Assembly (NCBI GenBank): GCA_963779755.1
Contig: CAVZZO010000003.1
Span: forward strand, 64,001 to 128,000
DNA: 64,000 bases
Origin: an uncultured Gemmatimonadales bacterium
GTDB taxonomy: Bacteria > Gemmatimonadota > Gemmatimonadetes > Gemmatimonadales > GWC2-71-9
Reading direction: 5' to 3'
Part shown: positions 54,762 through 64,000 of the stretch, piece after piece
How positions within the stretch are numbered: the first letter of the stretch is position 1
Layout of the letters: each line of letters opens with the position of its first letter
The notes under the pieces: generated by a model
What the model saw: the letters and a program-made list of their open reading frames with translations, nothing else
What the model was told of the DNA's origin: nothing
The model's database searches: none
Made by a program: the position numbers and the translations under genes

Positions 54762-55138
54762 CAACGGCTCGGCCGGTTCAGGAGTTCTTCTCGATCGGGG
54801 AGGTCTGCGCCCTTACCGATCTCAAGCCGCACGTGCTGCGCTACTGGGAGAGCCAGTTCCGCTTCCTCAACCCGGCCAAGAACCGCTCGGGCAACCGGGT
54901 CTACAAGAGCCGCGAGATCGAGCTCATCATGCTGGTGAAGCACCTGCTCTATACCGAGAAGTACACCATCGAAGGGGCCCGCCAGCGGATCGACCATTAC
55001 CGCCGCACCGGCGAACTGCGCGTCGCCGCCCGCCAGGCGCTCTCCGCCGAAGTCGCCCGCGACCTGCGCGCCGAGGTGCGCGCGGTGCTGGACATCCTGG
55101 AGGGGAAGAAGCCGGCGAAGGGAACGGAGACCGCTTAG
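54758..55138 (+). CDS. MerR-family regulator
   Basis: FSIGEV..LKPHVLRYWESQF..NRSGNRVY..YTIEGAR. Confidence 0.9.
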   Translation: MTTARPVQEFFSIGEVCALTDLKPHVLRYWESQFRFLNPAKNRSGNRVYKSREIELIMLVKHLLYTEKYTIEGARQRIDHYRRTGELRVAARQALSAEVARDLRAEVRAVLDILEGKKPAKGTETA

Positions 55139-55250
55139 CCGCTCTCACCGACGGTGAACCCGTCCTACGGACTCGAAGGAGACGGAGCAAACCGGATCCG
55201 GAAGCTGCCGGCCGCAGCTCACAGCATCTTGAACGAGCCGGCGATCTCTG

Positions 55251-56186
55251 TCAGGCCAGCCGCGGATCGCCCGACCACTCCAGCGCGGCGCGGTCCCACC
55301 GCCCGAGATCGGCCGCCGCTCTGTAGGTGCTCTGCAGAAACTCCAGCAGGCAATCGTCGGGTGACGCCGCCGTGCACACGGCATCGTACGGCAGAATGAA
55401 CTCGCCCAGTTCCTTGCTGTAGAAGGCCGCGTCCGGTTCTGCGGCCGCTTGCGAAAAACCGGACGGCTCGGGGTAGGCATAGGAATAGAACGCCGGATAG
55501 TCGACACCCCCACCGCCGGCCCAGAATCCGGCGCTGCTCACTTCGTGCGAATACGCCTCGCGGGTCACCCAGTCCGGCAGATGGGGTATCCCGCCAGGAT
55601 GGGGCGGGGCGCGCCGGCCGGAGAAGCGCGTCACCGCCAGGTCCGCCGCCCCCCAGAACACGTGCACCGGGCTCACCTTCCCGATGAACCGGGCACGGAA
55701 ACGCTGGAACACCCGCTCCGCCTGCACCAGGATGCGCCAGAAGCGGGCGGCATACTCACCGTCATAGGCGCGGTGCGCTTCGTCCTCGGCGAAGGGTATC
55801 GGGTCGGGCAACTCGTTCGGGGCGGGGTAGAAATTGGCCTCGATGCCGAGACGGCGCAACGCGTCGCGGTAGCGCCGGTAGAAGGCGGCGACGGTCTGCG
55901 GCTCGAGAGGCAGGGTTTCGCCGCTCCCGTCGGTCACCCGGATCTGCAGCTGCTGCGCCAGGAAATCGAATTCGACGGTGAACGCCCGGGGAGGGCAGGG
56001 AATGAGGCCGGTGCTCAGCCCCGCGGCCGTGGGGTAGAGCGTCACCTGCCAGGAGTGGTTCACCCACGGGCTCAGCGCCAGGCGGGTCTTGCCCACGATC
56101 TGCAGCCAGCGGTGCAGGGTCGCGTGGGTATCGCTCCAGGCATCGAGCGGCAGCGGGGGCCAGGCGTCTGCGGACGAGGCGCACAT
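55251..56186 (-). CDS. DUF5996 family protein
   Basis: TLHRWLQIVGK, NHSW, SPVHVFWG..DLAVTRFSG, EAYSHEVSSAGFW. Confidence 0.8.
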   Translation of the reverse strand: MCASSADAWPPLPLDAWSDTHATLHRWLQIVGKTRLALSPWVNHSWQVTLYPTAAGLSTGLIPCPPRAFTVEFDFLAQQLQIRVTDGSGETLPLEPQTVAAFYRRYRDALRRLGIEANFYPAPNELPDPIPFAEDEAHRAYDGEYAARFWRILVQAERVFQRFRARFIGKVSPVHVFWGAADLAVTRFSGRRAPPHPGGIPHLPDWVTREAYSHEVSSAGFWAGGGGVDYPAFYSYAYPEPSGFSQAAAEPDAAFYSKELGEFILPYDAVCTAASPDDCLLEFLQSTYRAAADLGRWDRAALEWSGDPRLA

Positions 56187-56303
56187 GCGTCGATCCAGGG
56201 CGGAGGAAGCTTGATCTTCGACGGGGGCGAGGCGCTCCGCAAGGGCGGGAACCTTGACGTCCTGTCTAGTGTTTCAGGAAGGTACGAACCACGGAGAACA
56301 CTC

Positions 56304-57203
56304 ATGTCCGTCCGCCCCATCCGGCGAATCGAGCAGTCCAAGCCGACCATCGAAGGCGCCGGTGTCCGCCTGCGCCGCGCATTCGGCTTCGGCACCACCA
56401 GCGATTTCGATCCCTTTCTCCTGCTGGACGACTTCCGGAACGAACATCCCCAAGACTACCTCGCGGGTTTTCCCTGGCACCCCCACCGGGGCATCGAAAC
56501 CATCACCTACGTGCTGGCCGGCAGCGTGAGCCACGGTGACAGCCTCGGCAACAGCGGCAGCCTGGGCGCGGGGGATGTTCAGTGGATGACTGCCGGCAGC
56601 GGCATCCTGCATCAGGAAATGCCCCAGGGCGATCCCGGGGGACGGATGCACGGATTTCAGCTCTGGGCCAATCTGCCGTCGGCGCTCAAGATGACCCGCC
56701 CCCGCTATCAGGATGTCGCCGCGCAAGACATCCCGGAGATCACCGACGATGACGGAACCAGCGTCCGGGTGATCTGCGGCGAGTTCTGGGGCAGGAGCGG
56801 GCCGGTCGACCAGGTCGCAGCCGATCCGCGCTATCTCGACGTGTGGGTCCCACCCGGAAAGCGCAAGACGCTGCCGGTGGCCACCCGGCACCAGGCCTTC
56901 GCCTATGTGTTCGAGGGCAGCGGCACCTTCCGCGACGCGTCCGATCCGGCCCCGGTCCGGACCGAGGGCGTGGGCGCGGCCGAAGACGCCGGAGCCGGCG
57001 ACGCCGGAAACCGCTCGCTGGTGCTGTTCGGCAGCGGCGATGCGGTGACCGTGCAGGCGGGCGAGCGGGGCATCCGCTTCCTGCTCGTTTCGGGACAACC
57101 CATCGAGGAACCGGTGGCCTGGTACGGACCCATAGTCATGAACACCCGGGACGAGCTCCGGCAGGCGGTGCAGGAGCTCCAGGACGGGACCTTCATCAAG
57201 TAA
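56304..57203 (+). CDS. Pirin family protein
   Basis: DPFLLLDDF, HPHRGIETITY, QWMTAGSGILHQE, GPIVMN. Confidence 0.93.
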   Translation: MSVRPIRRIEQSKPTIEGAGVRLRRAFGFGTTSDFDPFLLLDDFRNEHPQDYLAGFPWHPHRGIETITYVLAGSVSHGDSLGNSGSLGAGDVQWMTAGSGILHQEMPQGDPGGRMHGFQLWANLPSALKMTRPRYQDVAAQDIPEITDDDGTSVRVICGEFWGRSGPVDQVAADPRYLDVWVPPGKRKTLPVATRHQAFAYVFEGSGTFRDASDPAPVRTEGVGAAEDAGAGDAGNRSLVLFGSGDAVTVQAGERGIRFLLVSGQPIEEPVAWYGPIVMNTRDELRQAVQELQDGTFIK

Positions 57204-57559
57204 AGCCCGGGCAGCACCGGCAGGGCGGCCGTTGGAGCGCGCCGCCCTGCGCGTCCCCCCCGATTGCCCGCCTCCCTGTGATTCACATTCCTGCACTTCC
57301 TCCGTTCACCAGTCAATGTGAGGGACAGGCCCGGGTGGAGCCGAGGGCGGGAGCAACGGTCTAGGATCGCGCCCCCGTTTTCCAGAGCAGCAAGGGCCGG
57401 ACGGGCACCAGCGCGGCATGGCGGCTCCCGCTTTCCGGCCCGCTGTTCATGAAGGCATGTTCACCTGCAATTCACCCGGGCCACGAGGACGCGGATCAAT
57501 TTCCTCTCCGGAGGGTCGGAATGCCGGCGCTTCCAGGTCTCAACCATGGAGGAGGATCC

Positions 57560-58153
57560 ATGCAATCACGGAGTCTGTTACTGGTGGCGGGGGCATTGCT
57601 GTTCGGGGCCATCCCCGCGCAGGCGCAGAGCCGCTGGCAAATTACGGTGCAGGGCGGGCCCGCCGTTCCATTGGAAAAGCTGAACGGCGTCGATCTCAAG
57701 ACTGGCGCCGGATTCGAGGGGACCGTCGGTTACCAGATCCACCCCCGCTTGTCGCTCTACGCGGGCTGGGACTGGCATCGTTTTGTGGTCCAGTGGCCCG
57801 CGCGGCCCTTTGCGGGGAATGCCCGCGAGCTGGAAGAAACCGGCTATGCGCTGGGCGCCCGCTATACCTGGCCGCTGCAAGCGGAGGGGCCGGTCAGCCT
57901 CATCCTGCGTGCCGGGGGAACGCTGAATCATTTCGAGGCGGAGGATGATGCAGGCAAGGGCACCGAGAATTCCGGCCACGGGCTGGGCTGGGAAGCCGGG
58001 GCGGGACTCGGCATCGCGCTGACCCGTCACTGGCAGGTGGCGCCGGTCATGCGGGTGCGGATGATCTCGCGGGATCTCACCATCGACGACGTCAAGCGGG
58101 AAAGCCGGCTGACCTATCTCGCGCTGGAAGCGGCGGTGAGCTATCGGTTCTAG
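57560..58153 (+). CDS. Small outer-membrane beta-barrel protein
   Basis: GGAGGAGG RBS, signal peptide AQA, amphipathic strands, terminal YRF. Confidence 0.8.
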   Translation: MQSRSLLLVAGALLFGAIPAQAQSRWQITVQGGPAVPLEKLNGVDLKTGAGFEGTVGYQIHPRLSLYAGWDWHRFVVQWPARPFAGNARELEETGYALGARYTWPLQAEGPVSLILRAGGTLNHFEAEDDAGKGTENSGHGLGWEAGAGLGIALTRHWQVAPVMRVRMISRDLTIDDVKRESRLTYLALEAAVSYRF

Positions 58154-58168
58154 GAGGCAGGCACCAGG

Positions 58169-58228
58169 GTGAGACGTGAGAAGTGGGTGCCCGGCTGCTC
58201 TCGGCTCACTTCTCACTTCCTGCTTCTT
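58169..58228. repeat. 7-mer repeat hairpin between convergent genes
   Basis: GTGAGAC GTGAGAA GTGGG ... CTCACTT CTCACTT CCTGCTT. Confidence 0.65.
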
Positions 58229-60945
58229 CCCCTTCGGGTCATGTCCTTCACCTTCCACCGTAACTTGTCCAGTTCCACCGCGGCCAGGATCGTCGCCGCC
58301 ACCAGCACCATGCGAACCCAGGTCAGCCCGTCCAGGGGAGCGAGGTGGAGGAACCGCCGCGCCACTGGCAGATACAGCGCCCCCACGTGCGCCGCGAGGG
58401 CCGCCACCGCCGCGAGGATCAGCCAGGGGTTGGACCAGGGCGCCTCGGCAAAGACGCTCCGGGATTCTGAGCGCGCATTGCCGATCTGGAAGGTCTCGAA
58501 GAGGACCAGGGTGGTGAGGGCGACGGTCTGCGCGCGGATCAGGGAACCGCTCGCCGTCAGCTCCCGGTTGAACAGCAGCAGCACCCCCGCCGCCTGCACC
58601 AGTCCCGACAGGACGGTCCGCTGCCACAGTACCCGCGACAGCAGGCCGGCGCGGGGCGAGCGGGGCGGCCGGTGCAGGGTATCCGGGGCGGCAGGCTCGA
58701 AGGCGAGCGCCAGGTGCTGGACCCCTTCAGTGGCCAGGTTGAGCCAGAGCAGCTGGACGGCGATGAGGGGCAGCGGCCAGCCGAGCGCGAGCGCCATCAG
58801 GACGATCAGCACCTCGGCCACGTTGGTCGAGAGCAGGAAGAAGGCGATCTTGCGGATGTTGTCAAAGGTGACGCGGCCCTCCGCCACCGCGCCGTAGATG
58901 CTGACGAAATTGTCGTCCACCAGCACGATATCCGCCGCTTCCCGGGCCACGTCCGTTCCGCTCCGCCCCATGGCGATGCCGACGTCGGCGGCCTGCAACG
59001 CGGGGGCGTCATTGATGCCGTCCCCGGTCACCGCGACGACCTCGCCCCTCGCCTGCAGCGCGCGCACCACGCGCAGCTTGTGCGCCGGGCTCACCCGGGC
59101 ATAGACGGAGACCCGGGCCACCTCCTCCCTCAGGCGCACCTCGTCCATGGCGTCCAGCTCCCGCCCGGTCAGGGCCGGCGTGTCGGCCGCGGCCAGACTC
59201 AGCTCGCGGGCAATGGCGCGGGCGGTATCGGCATGGTCGCCGGTGATCATCACCACCCGGATCCCCGCCTCCCGGCAGCCGGCGATCGCCTCATGCACCC
59301 CGGGGCGGGGCGGGTCCAGCATCCCCTGGAGCCCGAGAAATACCAGGGCGGAGGGTGCCTCGATGCTGGAGGGCGTGCCCGCCTCCAGCTCGCGCCACGC
59401 CATCGCCAGCACGCGCAGGCCGCCGGCCGCCATCCGGGACACCTGGGCCAGGATCGCTTCAGGATCCAGCGGCTCCAGCCCGCCGCCGCGCCCGAGTTGC
59501 CGGTTGCTCATGGCGAGCACCCGTTCGGGCGATCCCTTCAGGAAAAGCGCCTGCCCGCCGCCATGCTTCCGGAGCGCCGCCGAATACTGGAGGTCGGGTT
59601 CGAACGGCACCTCGGCCAGCACCGGGTAGCGCTCCTGCAGCTCGGCGGGATCCAGATCTGCCTGGCGCGCCGAGCGGAGCAGCGCCACCTCGGTGGGATC
59701 GCCCACGGCGGCCTCGCCCCCCGCGGCGTCCACCCGCAGGTCGGCCTCATTGGTGAGGACACCCGCCAGCAGCGTAAGGTAGAGCGCACGATCTTCGGCG
59801 ACGGCGGCCGCGGTGACGGGGGCGGCCACGGCCCCCCCACGGGCCGTACCCTGCTGCACCCAGTTCCGGCCCCCGGCCCGGATCTCCGTCACGGTCATCC
59901 GGTTCTGGGTCAGGGTGCCGGTCTTGTCCGAGCCGATCACCGTGGTGCTGCCCAGGGTTTCCACCGAGGCCAGCCGGCGCACGATGGCCTGGCGCCCGGC
60001 CATGCGCCGGACGCCCAGGGTCAGAGTGATCGTGCTGGCGACGGGCAGGCCTTCCGGCACGGCCGACACCGCAAGGGCGACGGCGACGAGGAACATCTTC
60101 GCCAGACCCTCCCCCGCCAGGATGCCGGCCGCAAAGGAGAGCGCCGCGGCGACCACGACGACGATGCCGATGATGCGGGCAAACCGGGCTAGCCGCAGCT
60201 GGAGAGGCGGCACCGAGCGCTCGCCGGTCTGAAGCTGCGCCGCAATGCCGCCCAGCTCCGTCGCGGCCCCGGTCGCGACCACGTAGCCGCGGCCGCGGCC
60301 GCTGGCGACCACGGTCCCGGCATAAAGCATGTCCCGCCGGTCGGCGACGGGCGAGTCCTCCGCCACCGGCTCCGGCCGCTTGTGCACCGGCGCCGCCTCT
60401 CCGGTGAGGAGCGATTCATCCACCAGCAGCGCCGTCGCCAGCGACAGGCGGACATCGGCCGGGACCCGCGCGCCCGATTCCAGCAGCACTACGTCGCCCG
60501 GCACCAGCCCGGCGCTCTCGATCTCCGCCTCGCGGCCTTCGCGCAGGACTCGCGCGTGCGGGCTTGCCAGCCGCCGCAGCGCCCGGACCGAGTGTTCCGC
60601 CCGCTGCTCCTGGATGAACCCGATCGTGGCATTCAGCAGCAGGACCACGCCGATCACCACGGCGTCGACCGTGTCGCCCAGGGCGACGCTGATCAGCGTC
60701 GCCGCCAGCAGCAGGTAGATGAGGGGATTGGCGAACTGCCGCAGGAATCCCAGGAGCCGGCTGGGCACGCGCGCCTCGGGCAGGGCATTAGGCCCCCAAT
60801 GGGCCAGGCGCGCCGCTGCCTCGGCGGCGTCGAGTCCGCGCGCACCGCTTTCCAGCGCGCCGGCCACCGCCGCCGGATCCAGCGCATGCCAGGCGGGAAC
60901 CACCGGCGCGCCGGCTCCACCGTTCGGCAAGGAGACTGATGCCAT
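58213..60945 (-). CDS. P-type cation-transporting ATPase (type II)
   Basis: DESLLTGE, VPEGLP, SDKTGTLT, ITGD, TGDGINDAPAL, QLLWLNL. Confidence 0.93.
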   Translation of the reverse strand: MASVSLPNGGAGAPVVPAWHALDPAAVAGALESGARGLDAAEAAARLAHWGPNALPEARVPSRLLGFLRQFANPLIYLLLAATLISVALGDTVDAVVIGVVLLLNATIGFIQEQRAEHSVRALRRLASPHARVLREGREAEIESAGLVPGDVVLLESGARVPADVRLSLATALLVDESLLTGEAAPVHKRPEPVAEDSPVADRRDMLYAGTVVASGRGRGYVVATGAATELGGIAAQLQTGERSVPPLQLRLARFARIIGIVVVVAAALSFAAGILAGEGLAKMFLVAVALAVSAVPEGLPVASTITLTLGVRRMAGRQAIVRRLASVETLGSTTVIGSDKTGTLTQNRMTVTEIRAGGRNWVQQGTARGGAVAAPVTAAAVAEDRALYLTLLAGVLTNEADLRVDAAGGEAAVGDPTEVALLRSARQADLDPAELQERYPVLAEVPFEPDLQYSAALRKHGGGQALFLKGSPERVLAMSNRQLGRGGGLEPLDPEAILAQVSRMAAGGLRVLAMAWRELEAGTPSSIEAPSALVFLGLQGMLDPPRPGVHEAIAGCREAGIRVVMITGDHADTARAIARELSLAAADTPALTGRELDAMDEVRLREEVARVSVYARVSPAHKLRVVRALQARGEVVAVTGDGINDAPALQAADVGIAMGRSGTDVAREAADIVLVDDNFVSIYGAVAEGRVTFDNIRKIAFFLLSTNVAEVLIVLMALALGWPLPLIAVQLLWLNLATEGVQHLALAFEPAAPDTLHRPPRSPRAGLLSRVLWQRTVLSGLVQAAGVLLLFNRELTASGSLIRAQTVALTTLVLFETFQIGNARSESRSVFAEAPWSNPWLILAAVAALAAHVGALYLPVARRFLHLAPLDGLTWVRMVLVAATILAAVELDKLRWKVKDMTRRGRSRK

Positions 60946-61010
60946 CCCGTAAGTCTAGACCCCGCAGGATGATGACGATATGAAAACCGCATGACTGGGG
61001 CGCCACTGGA

Positions 61011-61040
61011 TTGACGCAACAATATTGTTGCGCCTATATT
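61011..61040 (+). promoter_or_regulatory. sigma70 promoter with palindromic operator for the TA operon
   Basis: TTGACG-N18-TATATT; perfect palindrome CGCAACAATATTGTTGCG at 61015-61032. Confidence 0.8.
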
Positions 61041-61062
61041 CTTCCGGGAGGAGGTGGCCGTC

Positions 61063-61632
61063 ATGCCCGGAAAACCACTGGAAGCCGCTCCCCAGGCCGG
61101 CAGCCGCACCGCCCGCCTGGCCGACGAGGCCGCCGGCGCCGCAGCCGACCTGCGCAAGTGGCTGGCCTCGCCTGCCGGGCGCCGAGCCATCCTGCGCGAC
61201 GGCGCCCCGGCCCTGGGAGAGGAACTGGAAGGCCTGCTGCGCGAAGTGCTCGCCCTGCAACTCTCCATCGGGGAGCTGGCCGGCGGCGCCGGGTTGACCG
61301 AAGGTCTCTCCGCCTCCATGCGCTATCTCACCGCGCGGCGCGCGTTCCGGTCCGACGCCGAGATGGCCGAAACCCTCGGCGTCCACCGCAGCCAGGTCAC
61401 GCGGTGGAAGCAGGGCACCGCCCCTGCGGCCGGCAACGCGGAACGCCTGGTAGGGCTGGATGTCGTGGTGGCGCTGCTGGACGGGTTCCTCGAGCCCGCC
61501 AGCATTCCCCGGTGGCTGCGGGGTATCAACGCCCACCTCGATCATCGCACTCCCCTGGACGTCCTGCGCGAGGGCCGCCTCTCGGAGGTGATCCGCGCCA
61601 TCGAGGCGGAGAAGGCGGGGGCCTTCGCCTGA
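61063..61632 (+). CDS. Xre/MbcA/ParS-type antitoxin with N-terminal extension
   Basis: GGAGGAGG RBS; HTH AEMAETLGVHRSQVTRW; C-terminal WLRGINAHLDHRTPLDVL. Confidence 0.82.
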   Translation: MPGKPLEAAPQAGSRTARLADEAAGAAADLRKWLASPAGRRAILRDGAPALGEELEGLLREVLALQLSIGELAGGAGLTEGLSASMRYLTARRAFRSDAEMAETLGVHRSQVTRWKQGTAPAAGNAERLVGLDVVVALLDGFLEPASIPRWLRGINAHLDHRTPLDVLREGRLSEVIRAIEAEKAGAFA

Positions 61633-61633
61633 G

Positions 61634-62215
61634 GTGCCCGCCACGCCGGCCGGTGCCAGCCTGTGGCGCGTCTTCCCCTGGGATTCCACCGCCTCTCCCG
61701 GCCATCGGTTCAGCGTATCGTACGTCTTTCCTCGCCAGTTCAGCGGGCGGTTCGACCTGGGCGGCACGCCATCCGTCCTCTACCTGGCCGAATCACCGGT
61801 GCATGCGGTGGCGGAGAAGATCCAGCGCTACCGGGGACAGACGCTCGAGTCATCGGACCTGCGAGAATACGGCCGGCCCCTGGCGCTGGTCGAGGTGACG
61901 CTGGCCGCCGCGGCACTCTCGGCGCTGGCCGACCTGTCCGATCCGGCGCAGTTGCTCCGGCTGGAATGCCGCCCCGATCAGCTGATGAGCCGCGATGTCA
62001 CCCGCACCCAGGCGGTGTCCCGCCGGATCCACGAACAGGGGCTCACCGGGTTCCGCCTCTGGTCGGCGCTCTCGGGCGACTGGCACACCGTCGTGCTGTT
62101 CGGCGACCGGGCAGGGGAGAGCGGACTCGGTTTCGGCGAGCCCGTGGAGCTCACGCTCTCCCACCCCGCCGTGGTGGAGGCGGCACGCGCCCTGGCGATC
62201 GGCGTCGGACAATAG
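61634..62215 (+). CDS. RES-domain toxin (putative NAD+-consuming)
   Basis: LWRV, GRFD, LYLAES..AVAE, TQ.VSR, G.RLWSA; directly follows the antitoxin. Confidence 0.82.
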   Translation: MPATPAGASLWRVFPWDSTASPGHRFSVSYVFPRQFSGRFDLGGTPSVLYLAESPVHAVAEKIQRYRGQTLESSDLREYGRPLALVEVTLAAAALSALADLSDPAQLLRLECRPDQLMSRDVTRTQAVSRRIHEQGLTGFRLWSALSGDWHTVVLFGDRAGESGLGFGEPVELTLSHPAVVEAARALAIGVGQ

Positions 62216-62226
62216 CGAGGAGAGAT

Positions 62227-62670
62227 CTAGTAGCCGCGGGCCATCCCTGTCGCAGCCGCCAGCATCAGCAGCACCAGGATGGCCTGTACGAAGCTGATCG
62301 CGGCGAAGGTGCCGGCCCGGCTGGTGTTGGGAGTCTGGCCCCGGGCCAACTGGCTGCGCCAGCGGATGAGGGAGGTCATGGGCCCGATCTCCAGAATCAG
62401 GACCACGGCCAGGAGCGCCATCTTGGCCCAGAACAGATGATTGTGGAGATAGTACGCGGTGTCCTTCTCCAGGCCTGCCAGCAATCGATACAGACCGGTG
62501 CCGATCCACAGGATGGCGGCGACGCCCCACCAGCTGTCGGCGTAGAAGACCTTGCGCAGCTCCAGCGCGTCGAGCGGGCCGCGCAACGCCCGGCCGCGGG
62601 CCCAGACGGCGCCGAGGCCGATGCCCAGGGCGAAGAGGTGAAGAAAGGCGAAGAGCCAGCGGAGCGACAC
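62227..62670 (-). CDS. DUF2214 family membrane protein
   Basis: AFLHL, ADSWWG, TGLYR..EK..YY..N..FWAKM, MARGY. Confidence 0.8.
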   Translation of the reverse strand: MSLRWLFAFLHLFALGIGLGAVWARGRALRGPLDALELRKVFYADSWWGVAAILWIGTGLYRLLAGLEKDTAYYLHNHLFWAKMALLAVVLILEIGPMTSLIRWRSQLARGQTPNTSRAGTFAAISFVQAILVLLMLAAATGMARGY

Positions 62671-62725
62671 AGGCAGGCGGGGAAACGGGACACGGGAAAC
62701 GGCGGCAGGACGCAATCTAACGGCG

Positions 62726-63757
62726 TTACTCGGGGTGGCACTCCGGGCAGTGCTCGTCGCCGACCGCCTCGCCGGCCAGCAGGCGGGCGATCCATCCGGA
62801 CAGCCGGACGCCGCCGGCCTCATAGCTGTAGAAACGGTCCGTGACCAGCAAGCCATGGTCGCTCCCCGCCACCACGAAATCGTGGAACACCGGGCTGGTC
62901 TCCAGCGTGTCCAGCAGCCGGTAGGTGTCCTTCCGCCAGTCGGGGGAGCCGTCAATGATGTAGAACGCCGACTGAATGGCATCCTGATCGGCGGTGAGCA
63001 ACGCCAGCCGACCGTCGGGGAGCACCGCGTCGGCCGCCAGGCGCCACGCGTATTCCAGGCGCAGCGCATCCGCAGTTCCGGCGGCCGACTTGCCCCGGAC
63101 CCGTTCCAGCGCCGCGGCGGCCCCCCAGCCGGCGAGCCTCGCCGTATAGCCGGGCAGCAGGGGCACGCCGGAATCGCCGATCAGCACCAGCCGTGCGCCC
63201 GGAAAGAGCCGCGCGATGGCCGGGAGGTAGAACAGCGCGCCATAGGACCCGGCGCTGGTGCCCGCCACCACCACCCGCGCCGGCTGGTAGGCCTGCCGGG
63301 CGACCCAGTCCAAGACCGACTGCACATTGCGGGAGCCCACGTGATGCACCGGGCGGCTGGCGGAGTCGCCGCCGTAACGGCTCACCGTATCCCCCACATG
63401 TACGTCACCGGTGCAGTAGGGGATAAAAACCACCGCATCCTCGCGGAAGGGGTTCGCGGGATTGGAAAAATCGAAGATGCCGCGGTAGGGATCCAGCTCG
63501 CCGGCCACCACGCTGGGATCGAACGTGCCGGAGCAGCTGACCCAGTCCCAGCAGGCGCCGCCGCCCTCAAAATACACGAGGAGCCGCCGTGGCGGCGCGT
63601 CAGCGCTCCGATGCAGAAAGAAGCTGAAGGGGGTGTCGAAGGCGCACCCGGCGGGCGCCGGCATCCCGATCTGCTCCCATCCTTCGGGAGCATCGACGGC
63701 CGGCGGCTGCGCGACGACAGCCAGAGCCGCAAGGAGGAGAGTCGGCCACAACGTCAT
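62726..63757 (-). CDS. Secreted pectin-acetylesterase-family hydrolase
   Basis: YFEGGGAC, FIPYCTGDVH, GTSAG nucleophile elbow, C-terminal H. Confidence 0.82.
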   Translation of the reverse strand: MTLWPTLLLAALAVVAQPPAVDAPEGWEQIGMPAPAGCAFDTPFSFFLHRSADAPPRRLLVYFEGGGACWDWVSCSGTFDPSVVAGELDPYRGIFDFSNPANPFREDAVVFIPYCTGDVHVGDTVSRYGGDSASRPVHHVGSRNVQSVLDWVARQAYQPARVVVAGTSAGSYGALFYLPAIARLFPGARLVLIGDSGVPLLPGYTARLAGWGAAAALERVRGKSAAGTADALRLEYAWRLAADAVLPDGRLALLTADQDAIQSAFYIIDGSPDWRKDTYRLLDTLETSPVFHDFVVAGSDHGLLVTDRFYSYEAGGVRLSGWIARLLAGEAVGDEHCPECHPE

Positions 63758-63775
63758 GAGCAGGAAAGGTAACGC

Positions 63776-64000
63776 TCAGCCTCCGAAATGTTCACCCAAC
63801 CAGGCCAGTGCCTCCCCGGCATGGCTGCGCCAGAAGCGCCAGGTGTGTTGTCCTTCCGCCACGAGGAATTCGGAGGGGATGCCGAGTGCCGCCAGGCGCC
63901 CGACCAGGAGCCGATTGCCTGCGGCGAGCGGATCGTCCCGCCCGACCTCGAGCCGTAGCGCTGGGAGAGGGTCACCTGAGCGCAGCAGGCGGGCAGCGGC
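63776..64000 (-). CDS. C-terminal part of an alpha/beta-hydrolase esterase (runs off the window)
   Basis: Hand translation ...LRLEVGRDDPL...AEGQHTWRFWRSHAGEALAWL...stop. Confidence 0.7.
   Translation of the reverse strand, partial: AAARLLRSGDPLPALRLEVGRDDPLAAGNRLLVGRLAALGIPSEFLVAEGQHTWRFWRSHAGEALAWLGEHFGG

Overview
GC-rich bacterial chromosome segment. The gene set (lpxC-fabZ fusion, mcsA-mcsB-clpC in a diderm, bshC, gene order) suggests a Gemmatimonadota-like organism, which is an inference. Bases 1-35,000 are a dense, co-oriented core block: PII, era, trm112-like, Ca/H exchanger, GGDEF, zinc-ribbon protein, prfB with a programmed +1 frameshift, lysS, lolC/E-lolD, mcsA-mcsB-clpC, a frameshifted bamA, skp, the lipid A cluster, gdh, rlmH, methyltransferase-bshC, murJ, uvrC, thrC, larC, a TPR protein and tRNA-Gly(CCC). 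Bases 35,200-50,400 are accessory. They hold a cytochrome c peroxidase, a sigma54-type operon (4-His membrane protein, small membrane protein, Tat Rieske), a NarX/NarL-family two-component system, and nirK followed by a SufR-like/DUF2249/heme-copper-fold/SufT/DUF2249-ScdA_N operon, then treT, DASS, DPP III, a sigma54 type IV pilin and a metzincin. The remainder is DUF512-der-plsY-gpsA-merR, DUF5996, pirin, an OM barrel, a P-type ATPase, an Xre/RES toxin-antitoxin pair and esterases. I saw no CRISPR, integrase, transposase or rRNA. The best candidates for an undescribed system are the two redox modules at 36.3-38.2 kb and 40.1-44.0 kb. All family assignments come from motif recognition by eye; no database search was run.
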